This document shows, in pieces, positions 30,776-40,205 of a DNA stretch of 64,000 nucleotides. A program made the translations under genes and the position numbers. A model generated the notes under the pieces. That model made no database searches. It was not told the origin of the DNA and saw only the letters and a list, made by a program, of their open reading frames with translations. Positions within the stretch are counted from its first letter, which is position 1; each line of letters opens with the position of its first letter. The stretch lies in contig CAWBVY010000007.1 in NCBI GenBank assembly GCA_963792415.1, forward strand, positions 172,286 to 236,285, read 5' to 3'. Source of the DNA: Candidatus Deferrimicrobiaceae bacterium (GTDB taxonomy: Bacteria; Desulfobacterota; Deferrimicrobia; Deferrimicrobiales; Deferrimicrobiaceae).

Positions 30776-31264
30776 CTACCTCGGGAGGCCGGCGAAGATG
30801 TCGCCCTCCTCGATGCGGGCGGCGTGGATCTTCTCCGGCTTGACCAGGAAGACCGGCCGCTTTGTGGTGTACACCACCCGTTCCGCCGTGCTTCCGAGAA
30901 GCGTCCGCGCGAGGGCCGTCCCGCCGTGGGTGCTCATCACGATGCAGTCGACGTCCTCCTTGTGGGCGACGGCGAGGATCTCGGCGTACGGCTCCCCGGA
31001 AGTGACCAGGACCCGGGATTTCACGGAGATCGCGGCGAGCCGCTTGGCGATCTTCTCGAGGTACTCCGTGGACCGGCCCGTAGCATCGGCGAACGCCTTC
31101 GACTCCTCGATCTGTCCGGCCTCCGGCGCCTTGGCGAGGGGAGGCGGGACGACCTTCAGGAGAAACACCTCGGCGTCGGACCGCTCCGCCATCTTCTCAA
31201 CCTGCTCGATTGCCCGTTCCGCCAGGGCGGAACCATCCAGGGGCACCAGGATTTTCTTGAACAT
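30776..31264 (-). CDS. Universal stress protein (UspA family)
   Basis: MFKKILVPLDGS, IVMSTHG, LLGSTAERVV; RBS AAAGGAGG. Confidence 0.92.
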   Translation of the reverse strand: MFKKILVPLDGSALAERAIEQVEKMAERSDAEVFLLKVVPPPLAKAPEAGQIEESKAFADATGRSTEYLEKIAKRLAAISVKSRVLVTSGEPYAEILAVAHKEDVDCIVMSTHGGTALARTLLGSTAERVVYTTKRPVFLVKPEKIHAARIEEGDIFAGLPR

Positions 31265-31422
31265 GCCGCGCCTCCTTTCGGTGGAAATCTTCCTTCCGGT
31301 TGACGGACCGACGGGACGGGGGATCGCATGAGGGAACCGCATGCCGGGGGTGCGGCGAAGGTGGAAGGGTTCATCGGTGAAAGGGTCATGGCGCACCCCC
31401 GGCACGGCGTCGTGCTGCATAC

Positions 31423-31450
31423 AGTATACAGGAAGGCGCCGGGGCGTCAA
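31423..31450 (-). promoter_or_regulatory. sigma70-like promoter for the usp transcript
   Basis: Minus strand TTGACG-16-TATACT. Confidence 0.45.
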
Positions 31451-31516
31451 CCGGAGTTCGAGCCGGGCCGCATTCTGTCATTGCCCGATCCCGTGACATC
31501 AGCGTAAACTGACAAA

Positions 31517-32746
31517 ATGACTCATAACCCCAGAAATTCGAGGGAATTTGTCACCCTTGCCTTGCTCGGCGCCATGCTGCTCGCCGTTTCCTGCGGTGCC
31601 TGCGGAAAGGACACGACGTCGGCGCGCGCCGCGGGGGCCGCCAAGGCCCAGGAACCGCGGTCGGTGCGCGTCGTCGTCGCGGAGGTCGGTCGGCTGCCGC
31701 GGACGGTGACCGTCACCGGGACGCTCGCCGCCGATGAAGAGGTCGTCGCGGGGTTCAAGGTCGCCGGCCGGGTGAGCGAGATCGCGGTCGACCTGGGCAG
31801 TCCGGTGCGGAAGGGGCAGGTCCTCGCCCGACTCGACCCGACGGATTTCCGTCTCCGCGTGGAGCAGGCCGAAGCCGCCCTCCGCCAGGTGCGCGCCGGG
31901 CTGGGGCTCCCGAGGGACGGTTCGGTCGAAAGCGTCGATCCCGAGAAGACCGCGCTGGTGCGCGAGGCCCGGGCGGTGCTCGAGGAGGCGCGCCTGAACC
32001 GGGATCGCACGGCGCAGCTCTGGGAAAAGAATTACATCGCCCGGTCCGAGGCCGACGCTTCCGTGTCCAGGCTCCTGGTCGCCGAGAGCCGCTACCAGGC
32101 CGCCCTGGAGGAGATCCGGAACCGTCAGGAGCTGCTTGCCGAGCGGAGCTCCGGCCTCGCGCTGGCCCGCCAGCAGCTGGCCGATACGGTGCTGAGCGCG
32201 CCGATCGACGGGGCCGTGCGGGAACGCAAGGCTTCGGTGGGCGAATACCTGGCGGCCGGCGCTCCGGTGTTCGGCCTGGTCCGGGTTCACCCGCTCCGGC
32301 TTCGGGTGGCCGTTCCCGAGCGGGACGCACCCTCCGTGCGGGTCGGGCAGGCGGTCCGGGTCCTGCTCGAGGGGGACCCCGCGGTGCACGCCGGTCGCGT
32401 GGCCCGCCTCAGTCCGTCCATCCAGGAGCAGAACCGCACCCTGATCGTCGAGGCCGAGGTGGCGAACCGCGACGGCAGGCTCCGCCCCGGCTCGTTCGCG
32501 CGCGCCGAGATCGTGGTCGAGGCCGACCGCACCGCCGTCATGGTTCCGGTTTCGGCGGTGGTGACCTTCGCCGGCCTCGAGAAGGTGTTCGTCGCGAAGG
32601 ACGGGAAGGCCGTGGAACAGCGGATCCGGACCGGCCGCCGTTCCGGCGATCGGGTCGAGATCCTCGAAGGGATCGCCGCGGGCGAGCCGGTCGTGACCGA
32701 CCCCGGCAACCTGGTCGGCGGGATGCCTGTCACCGTGACCCGGTAG
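31517..32746 (+). CDS. RND efflux periplasmic adaptor subunit
   Basis: VTGTLAA, KVAGRV, LSAPIDG, LRPGSFARA; lipoprotein-like N-terminus. Confidence 0.88.
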   Translation: MTHNPRNSREFVTLALLGAMLLAVSCGACGKDTTSARAAGAAKAQEPRSVRVVVAEVGRLPRTVTVTGTLAADEEVVAGFKVAGRVSEIAVDLGSPVRKGQVLARLDPTDFRLRVEQAEAALRQVRAGLGLPRDGSVESVDPEKTALVREARAVLEEARLNRDRTAQLWEKNYIARSEADASVSRLLVAESRYQAALEEIRNRQELLAERSSGLALARQQLADTVLSAPIDGAVRERKASVGEYLAAGAPVFGLVRVHPLRLRVAVPERDAPSVRVGQAVRVLLEGDPAVHAGRVARLSPSIQEQNRTLIVEAEVANRDGRLRPGSFARAEIVVEADRTAVMVPVSAVVTFAGLEKVFVAKDGKAVEQRIRTGRRSGDRVEILEGIAAGEPVVTDPGNLVGGMPVTVTR

Positions 32747-32753
32747 CCCGTTC

Positions 32754-35700
32754 TTGCAGAAGCTCGCCGAAATCTGCATCCGCCGCCCGGTCTTCGCGGC
32801 GATGCTCATCCTGGCGCTGGTGGTCGTCGGCGGGACCAGCTACCTCCGCCTCGGCGTCGACCGGTTCCCCTCGGTCGACCTGCCCACCGTCTCGATCCGG
32901 ACCCAGCTCCCCGGCGCCTCCGCGGAAGAGGTGGAAAGCGAGCTCTCCAAGCGGATCGAGGAAGTGGTCAACACCGTCGAGGGGATCGACGAGCTGCGGT
33001 CGATCTCGGGGCCGGGCTCCTCCGTCGTGATCGTCACCTTCAACCTGAAAAGGGACATCGACACGGCGGCCCAGGACGTCCGGGATCGCGTCGCCACCAT
33101 CCTCAAGGACCTGCCGAAGGACGCGACGCCGCCCCTGGTATCGAAGTTCGACAACGACCAGCAGCCGGTCCTTACGGTGGCCCTGGCCGGCGACCGTCCC
33201 CTCCGCGAGCTGACCGAGCTGGCGGACAAGGTGGTGAAGATCCGCCTCGAGCGGTCCGCGGGCGTGGGCGAGGTGCGGATCATCGGCGGTTTGGAGCGCG
33301 CGGTCAACGTCTGGGTCGAGGCGGACCGGCTGGCCGCCTTCGGCATCCCCATCACCGATGTGCGCGACGCCATCGTCCGTCAGAATGCCGACGCGGCCGG
33401 GGGGAACGTGACCCTGGGAGCGCGGGAGTCGACGCTCCGGACGATCGGCCGCCTGGCCGACCCTCGCGCCTTCGACGACCTGGTGGTCGCCACGATCGGC
33501 GGGGCGTCCGTCCGCATCCGGGACATCGGGCGCGTGGAGGACGGGACCCGGGAGCAGCGCTCCACCGCCCGGTTGAACGGCGTCCCCACGGTGATCCTCG
33601 AGGTGCGGCGCCAGTCGGGGGCCAACACCGTCGCCGTCATCGAGGACGCCAAACGCGGCCTCGCCACCGCCGCCGCGGAGCTCCCCGCCGGGGTCGGCAT
33701 CACGGTGGTCCAGGACCAGTCCCGTTACATCTACTCCGCTCTGCACGAGATCAACGTGCACCTGATCCTCGGGAGCATCCTGGCCTCCCTGGTCGTCTTC
33801 GCCTTCATGCGGAGCTGGCGGTCGACCGTGATCGCCGCGGTCGCCATCCCGGCGTCGGTGATCTCCACCTTCGGGATGATGTGGGCTCTCCACTTCACGC
33901 TGAACAGCGTGACGATGCTCGCCCTCGTCCTGATGGTCGGGATCGTGATCGACGACGCGATCGTCGTCCTGGAGAACATCTTCCGGTTCGTCGAGGAGAA
34001 GGGGATGCCGCCGTTCGAGGCCGCGCGGGCCGCCACGGCCGACATCGGGCTGGCGGTGATGGCGACGACCTTTTCGCTGGTGGTCATCTTCATCCCGGTG
34101 TCGTTCATGTCGAGCGTCTCCGGCCGCTTCCTCTACCAGTTCGGCATCACCGCGGCCGTCGCGGTCCTCGTGAGCCTGCTCGTCTCCTTCACCCTGACCC
34201 CCATGATGAGCGCCCGTCTGCTGGGGGGCGACGCGGGGCGGACGCAGGGCGCGCCGAAGTCCCGGGGCGGTTTCTATCGGCGGCTCGACGCCGGATACGA
34301 GCGGCTGCTTTCGTATTCCCTCCGCCACCGGGGGGCCGTGGCGCTGGTCTCGCTGGCCGTCATGCTTTCGGCCGTTCCCCTGTACGGCCTGATCCGCCTG
34401 GACTACCTCCCCGCGAACGCGGACGAGGGGGAGTTCGACGTGAGGGTGAGCGCCCCCCAAGGTACGAGCCTGGCCGGCATGGACGGGATCATGAACGACA
34501 TCGTCGCGGAGGTCCGGGCCGTTCCCGGAGTGCGGATGGTGCTCTCGACCGCGGGGGGCGGGTGGATCGGCGGGGTGAGCGAGGGGAGGGCGTACGTCCA
34601 GCTCGCGCCGCACGGGGAGCGCATCTTCTCGCTCTCCCGGCTGCTGGCGAGCACCGCGGGGGGGAACCCCCTGGCGGCGTTTCGCGGGAACCGCTCCCAG
34701 CTTGAAGTGATGCAGGAGGTGCGCCGGAGACTCCGCAAGTATCGCGATCTCCGCGTCTCGGTCCGGAATCCCACCGGATTCAACATCGGCGGCGGATCCT
34801 TCGAAATCGACTTCGTCCTCAAGGGACCCGACCTCAAGGCGCTGTCGACGTACGCGGAGAACCTGCGGGACCGCCAGGAATCCCTCGGGATCCTCGACGC
34901 CGACACGACGCTGAAGCTCGACAAGCCCGAGCTGCGGGTCGAGATCGACCGCGCCCGCGCCGCGGACCTTCGCGTCGACCCGGAGCGGATCGGCACGGCG
35001 GTCCGGCTCCTGGTTGGCGGGGACGAGGAGGTCTCCCGGTTCAAGGATCCGTCCAACAACGAGGACTACAAGGTCGCGCTCCGGCTCCGCGAGGAGGACC
35101 GGGCCGACCCCGGGACGATCGGGAGGCTCCTGGTCCCGCGGGAGGGCGGGGGGGTGGCGCAGCTCGACAGCGTGGCGCGGATCGAGCGGGTCCCGAGCGC
35201 TTCGAGGATCGACCGTCTCGACCGGCAGCGCGAGGTTCGCCTCCGGGCCTCGGTGGCTCCCGGGTTCGCGCTGGCCGACCGGCTGGAGGCGCTTCGCGCC
35301 GCGGTGGCCTCGATGAACCTGCCCGCCGCCTACACGACGCGCGTTTCCGGGCGGGGGCGGGAGCTCGAGCGGACGTTCGGCGAGTTCGCCTGGGCCTTCG
35401 CCCTGTCGATCGTCTTCATGTACATGATCCTCGCCTCGCAGTTCGAGAACCTCGTCCACCCCTTCACCATCCTGCTCTCCATCCCGCTCTGCGTCCCCTT
35501 CGCGCTTCTCTCGATCTGGATCACGGGGAACACCCTGAACCTCTACTCGGCGCTCGGGATCCTCGTCCTGTTCGGCGTGGTCAAGAAAAACGCCATCCTC
35601 CAGATCGACCACATGAACAGCCTGCGGGAGGGGGGGATGGACCGGGCGTCGGCGATCCTCCAGGGGAACCGGGACCGGCTTCGGCCGATCCTCATGACGA

Positions 35701-35930
35701 CGCTCACGTTCGTGGCCGGAATGCTCCCGCTGGCGGTAGGCTCCGGCCCGGGCGCCTCGGAGCGCCGCGTGATCGCCATCGTCGTCATCGGCGGCCAGAC
35801 GCTCTCGCTCCTGCTCACGCTGCTCGCGACGCCGGTCGTCTACTCGCTGCTGGACGACCTGGCCTTCGCGTTCCAGCAGCGCAAGGGGTTTGCCTTCCGT
35901 TCATTATTCTGGTGGAATGAGCCGAAATAA
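32754..35930 (+). CDS. RND efflux permease (AcrB/MdtB-like)
   Basis: CIRRPVFA, GIVIDDAIVVLENI, VVKKNAIL, RLRPILMTT; TTG start. Confidence 0.92.
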   Translation: MQKLAEICIRRPVFAAMLILALVVVGGTSYLRLGVDRFPSVDLPTVSIRTQLPGASAEEVESELSKRIEEVVNTVEGIDELRSISGPGSSVVIVTFNLKRDIDTAAQDVRDRVATILKDLPKDATPPLVSKFDNDQQPVLTVALAGDRPLRELTELADKVVKIRLERSAGVGEVRIIGGLERAVNVWVEADRLAAFGIPITDVRDAIVRQNADAAGGNVTLGARESTLRTIGRLADPRAFDDLVVATIGGASVRIRDIGRVEDGTREQRSTARLNGVPTVILEVRRQSGANTVAVIEDAKRGLATAAAELPAGVGITVVQDQSRYIYSALHEINVHLILGSILASLVVFAFMRSWRSTVIAAVAIPASVISTFGMMWALHFTLNSVTMLALVLMVGIVIDDAIVVLENIFRFVEEKGMPPFEAARAATADIGLAVMATTFSLVVIFIPVSFMSSVSGRFLYQFGITAAVAVLVSLLVSFTLTPMMSARLLGGDAGRTQGAPKSRGGFYRRLDAGYERLLSYSLRHRGAVALVSLAVMLSAVPLYGLIRLDYLPANADEGEFDVRVSAPQGTSLAGMDGIMNDIVAEVRAVPGVRMVLSTAGGGWIGGVSEGRAYVQLAPHGERIFSLSRLLASTAGGNPLAAFRGNRSQLEVMQEVRRRLRKYRDLRVSVRNPTGFNIGGGSFEIDFVLKGPDLKALSTYAENLRDRQESLGILDADTTLKLDKPELRVEIDRARAADLRVDPERIGTAVRLLVGGDEEVSRFKDPSNNEDYKVALRLREEDRADPGTIGRLLVPREGGGVAQLDSVARIERVPSASRIDRLDRQREVRLRASVAPGFALADRLEALRAAVASMNLPAAYTTRVSGRGRELERTFGEFAWAFALSIVFMYMILASQFENLVHPFTILLSIPLCVPFALLSIWITGNTLNLYSALGILVLFGVVKKNAILQIDHMNSLREGGMDRASAILQGNRDRLRPILMTTLTFVAGMLPLAVGSGPGASERRVIAIVVIGGQTLSLLLTLLATPVVYSLLDDLAFAFQQRKGFAFRSLFWWNEPK

Positions 35931-35962
35931 TCCGCCTAGAACCGAAGGACCGGGGGGACCCC

Positions 35963-36367
35963 ATGGATCCATCGAAAATCGTCGCCCGGTATCGCGACGG
36001 GAGAGCCTTGAAAGGCACCACGCAGAACTTCTTTCCCAACAAGCCGGCGTTCCACGTCAACCGCCATGGCGGGACCGGCCCCGGCGACCTCGTCGAGGTG
36101 AACCTCGAGGACCTGAAGGCGATCTTCTTCGTACGGGATTTCGCGGGGAACCCGAAGCATGTCGAAAGAAAGAAACTGGCCCCGGGAGACCGGCCGCAGG
36201 GCCGGTTGATGGAGGTCACCTGCAAGGACGGGGAGGTGATCGTGGGGACGACGACCGGGTACGACCCGAAGCGTCCCGGGTTTTTCCTCTTCCCGATCGA
36301 CCCGACGTCCAACAACGCGCGGGTCTACGTGGTGGCCAGCGTCGTCCGGACCGCCCGGTTCCTCTGA
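35963..36367 (+). CDS. Conserved hypothetical protein (DUF6982-like)
   Basis: KIVARYRDGRALKG...LKAIFFVRDF...GFFLFPIDPTSNN; clean ORF with host-like codon use. Confidence 0.7.
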   Translation: MDPSKIVARYRDGRALKGTTQNFFPNKPAFHVNRHGGTGPGDLVEVNLEDLKAIFFVRDFAGNPKHVERKKLAPGDRPQGRLMEVTCKDGEVIVGTTTGYDPKRPGFFLFPIDPTSNNARVYVVASVVRTARFL

Positions 36368-36415
36368 AAAAGCGATTAGCCGTCTCGTTGTGCTCCATGA
36401 ACCTCGGGGTGAATG

Positions 36416-36447
36416 AAAAAGAAGGGCCGCCCGATCGGGCGGCCCTC
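36416..36447 (-). terminator. Rho-independent terminator of the multicopper oxidase gene
   Basis: Minus strand AGGGCCGCCC-GATC-GGGCGGCCCT followed by TCTTTTT. Confidence 0.75.
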
Positions 36448-36466
36448 CGGTCCGTACGCGACTTTC

Positions 36467-38866
36467 CTAGTAGTCCGTCCCTCGAACGATCGTCCTGCTG
36501 GCATCTTCCGTTCGGCGTAACCGCGGTCGGCCGCATCATCTCGTTGTCCTCGTGGTCGATGATGTGGCAGTGCCAGACGTAGCCGTGCTCCTGTTGCCGC
36601 TGGGGTCGAACGGGAAGAAGGCGTTTGCCGCGAGCGTGTGTCGCCGCCAGATCCGTCGGCGCCCACCGCACGGCGATCCGCGTCACCTGGCCCGGGTACA
36701 TGATCACGGTGTCCTTCCAGCCGGCCTCGTAGGGCAGCGGGCGGCTGCGGCGTTCCCTTCAGGTACAGCGGCTTGCCGTTCTTGGCGACCGTGGCCGCGA
36801 TGTCCGGGTTGCCGCCCAGCGGCTCCTCGACGTTCGCCGTGTTGTAGTCCAGCGGCGGGCCGAAGCCGGGCAGAAGACTCCGGCCGGATACGCCATGGTC
36901 ATCGGATCGCACCGCCGCCCGGGAAGGCGGCGGCGTAGACCGCGCTGTACGCCTTCGACGTCGAAGGCCTGCCGGTTCATCAACTGGAACTGCACCAGGT
37001 GCAGGTGGATCGGATGGGCGTCGGCGGTCAGGTTGACGATCTCCCAGACCTCGGTCTCGCCCTCGTTGGGCGATCTCGGAGTAGTAGGTCGTAACTGCCG
37101 TCGATCGTGAACGGGCGTGAAGTCGTTCATAGGTCCGCGTCGATCCTTTCCCCGCTCCAGGTCGTATTGTTGACCAGGATCTCCAGCGGCCCGCCCGGGT
37201 AGGCCGTCAACTACTCCGGTGACCGGGTCGGTCGGTCGTCACCGGCATCCCCATCACCTCGTTGAGCGTGAGCTGCCGGGTCTTCTGCGCCGCCACGGCG
37301 AGGGCCCCGGTGGCGGGATTGGCCAGGCGCACCATCGGGCCCGCTGCCGCCGCCACGGATCGTCGCGCCGAGCGTCGCCGGGTTGAAGCTGGTGTCGGCC
37401 GCGCCGCAGAGCCGCTGGCGCACGTCCCGACGCGGAACTGCATGATCTGCCCGAGCGTCGCCCCTTGGGGCGTGACCCCGCCCGGGAAGGGGGTCTTCGC
37501 GGTGTTCTTCAGGACCAGGTTCGTCCCCGGCGCCAACGCCCGCGAAGTCGACGATCACCTCGTACCGCTCGCCGGGCATCATGACCAGTTTCTTCACCTG
37601 GACCGGCGCATCGAGGTATCCGCCGTCGGTGGCGATCACCCACATGCGGGGCGGCACGGCAACCCCGAGCGGATCGATCAGGAACATCTCGTACGTGCGG
37701 GCGTTGGAGCCGTTGATGAACCAGAAACGGTACCGCTTCGGCTCGACGTTCAGGTACGGCCACGCCTTCCCGTTCACCACGATGGTGTCGCCGACGAACT
37801 CCGGGGTCCAGTACGGGTGCTCCGGATTCGTGGCCCAGAGCAGGCCGCCGGCGCTGTCGGCCTGCATGAAGAGCTGGCCGTTCGTGTCGAACGTCCGGTC
37901 CTGGAGGACGATCGGCACGGTGTAATCAACCGAGGCGCCGCGCGACAACCCGGCGGGATGCAGGCCCGTCGGGAGCTCGAAGGATCTGGATCGGTGATCA
38001 GGTACGCGCCCGCAAGCCCGGCGTAGACGTTCAGGCGGGTGACGCCCAGGGCGTGGTCGTGGAACCAGATCGGGGAGGCTTCCTGGGTGTTGGGGTACCG
38101 GTAGATGGCGCCGTTGGCGGGCGTCGACCGGTTGTCACCGTGCTGTAGAATACCCGTGGCCTTTGTAGGACCGGCGTCACTGGTGAACCAGGCGTCGGGC
38201 CCGCCGTCGAGCTGCGGCGGCACCTCGCCGCCGTGGAGGTGGACCACGGCGGGGATCGGGCCGTCGTAGTTCTGTGCGCAGCACCGACTCCGGCACCTGC
38301 CCATCATTGCGTCGGAGCACTGGTCGGAGGCCGTGAACATGCCCACCATGTCGGATTGCAGAGGTTCGCCTCGCTATTCAGCGGGTCGGCCCAGTGCAGC
38401 GTCTGGTCCGTGGAATACTTCCAGGCGAGCACCTTGGTGGTGGCACCAGTCGGTAGATCGTTCACGAAGGTGAGCGAAGTCGGTTCGGCGTGCCGGCGGA
38501 GGCTCGTTCGTTCACGATCACCGGGCCGATGTAGGTGTCCAACGCGACCGGTCGGGCAACTTGGTCCAGGCATGTGTCCAGGGGTTCAGCGATGTATCCC
38601 CACACCCAGGTGCCGGTATAGCCCGCGCACCGCTCCGGCGGGGAGCATGTTGGCCTTGAACTCGCACATCCGGACCGTGAGCGGCTGGTTGCCGAACACC
38701 GTGGTCATGGTGGTCCGCCTGCCACACTTAGCAGCGGCAGCGGCTGCACGAACTGCGGGATCATTTTGCCGGCCAGCGGAACCTGTGGGGACTGCGCCGC
38801 CGTGGCGCTCCACGTCCCCGCGGAGACGATCAGGCACGCAAGCAATAACACCTTCCAGACCCTCAT
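36467..38866 (-). pseudogene. Multicopper oxidase (CotA/bilirubin oxidase-like), multiply frameshifted
   Basis: Signal peptide MRVWKVLLLAC...; Cu motifs HLHGG, WFHDH, HPIHLHL, WHCHIIDHEDNEMM spread across many frames. Confidence 0.85.
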
Positions 38867-38934
38867 TTCCTGCTCCTTTCTTTCGGCTCGTGGTTTCGGT
38901 TCATCGGTTGCCATCGGCAGCATGCATCTTCCTC

Positions 38935-39336
38935 TCAGTGTTTCCCTCCAGATAAGGCGCTCATGAAGCGGCCCCCCGCCATGACCGTCCGGATCGCCCC
39001 CGCGAGTTCCTCCGCGGCCCTCGCCTTGCGTACGAACCCCGAGGCGCCCGCGCGGAAGGCCAGCGCCGCGTACTCCTCCTCGGGGTGCATGCTGAGGATC
39101 AGTACGGGGAGTTCGGGATGGCGGCTCCGGATCTCGCTAAGCACCTCGAGTCCCTCTCGGGCCGGCGTGGAGATGTCCAGGAGAACCAGCTTGTATCTCG
39201 CCTGTTTCACCTTTGCGAGGGCTTCCCGTCCGTCCACCACCTCGTCCACGGACGCCCCGGGGATCGATTCCGCGACGACATCGACCACCCTTTTGCGGAA
39301 GATCGCATGGTTGTCGACGACAAGAACCCTGGGCAC
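38935..39336 (-). CDS. Stand-alone receiver-domain response regulator (paralog of adjacent NarL-type RR)
   Basis: RVLVVDNH, LVLLDIS, LILSMHPEEEYA, AGASGFVRK; no HTH. Confidence 0.72.
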   Translation of the reverse strand: MPRVLVVDNHAIFRKRVVDVVAESIPGASVDEVVDGREALAKVKQARYKLVLLDISTPAREGLEVLSEIRSRHPELPVLILSMHPEEEYAALAFRAGASGFVRKARAAEELAGAIRTVMAGGRFMSALSGGKH

Positions 39337-39557
39337 CGGACTCCCTTTCCGCCTCGCGTCGGGCCATCCGAGGCGGGAGCCGCCTGGCCATTGCGCCCGC
39401 ACGGTTCACGAGATACGGAACACGTTTGGCCCAAGTAAACCAGTTGCCGCAGGGCGCCGCTATCGGCGAATGATTGATTTTTCCGTAGGACTTCTGTCTG
39501 CCGTCGTGTCGTTGTCTGTCCTACACGGAGGGGAAGGGGAAGGGACGGGAAAAGTCG

Positions 39558-40190
39558 TCAGTCCACCAGGCGGTTCTCGAGAGCGTATCGGGCAAGCTCG
39601 GCGTTGTTCCGAACCTGCAACTTCTCCAGGATCCGGGAACGGTACGTGCTGATGGTCTTGACGCTAAGGGAGAGTTCGTCGGCGATCTCGGTTACGGTCT
39701 TCCCGGAAGCGAGCATCCGCATCACCTGCATCTCCCTGTCGGAAAGGGCTTTGTGCGGCGGGCCGGCGCCGTTCGATTCCAACTCCCGGACCAGCATCTC
39801 GGTAAGCGAAGCGCCCAGGTAACGCTTTCCAGCCAGTACCGTCCGGACCGCCTGCACCAGTTCGTCCGCCGCGCTGTCCTTGGTCAGGTATCCCGAGGCG
39901 CCCGCACGAAAGGCGCGCACCGCGTACTCCTCTTCCGGGTGCATGCTGAGGATCAGGACGGGCACGCCGGGACGCAGCCGCTTGATCTCCTTGAGCACTT
40001 CCAGGCCACCCCTTCCCGGCATGGAGATGTCCAGGAGGACCAGGGCGTAACTTCCCTTTTCGGCCATGGCGAGTGCGTGCCGCCCGTCCGCCGCCTCGTC
40101 CACGTCAGTCCCGGGGAACGATTTTGCGAGGATCTGGATCAGGCCCTTGCGGACGACGTCGTGATCATCCGCGATGAGTACACGGAGCAT
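39558..40190 (-). CDS. NarL/LuxR family response regulator
   Basis: Receiver IADDH...LLDISMP; HTH LSDREMQV...LSVKTISTYRSRILEKL. Confidence 0.93.
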   Translation of the reverse strand: MLRVLIADDHDVVRKGLIQILAKSFPGTDVDEAADGRHALAMAEKGSYALVLLDISMPGRGGLEVLKEIKRLRPGVPVLILSMHPEEEYAVRAFRAGASGYLTKDSAADELVQAVRTVLAGKRYLGASLTEMLVRELESNGAGPPHKALSDREMQVMRMLASGKTVTEIADELSLSVKTISTYRSRILEKLQVRNNAELARYALENRLVD

Positions 40191-40205
40191 CCGGGCTTCC
40201 CTTCT

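Noticed and set aside
31400-31416. sigma54 promoter CGGCACGGCGTCGTGC
   Set aside because: GG-to-GC spacing is 11, not 10
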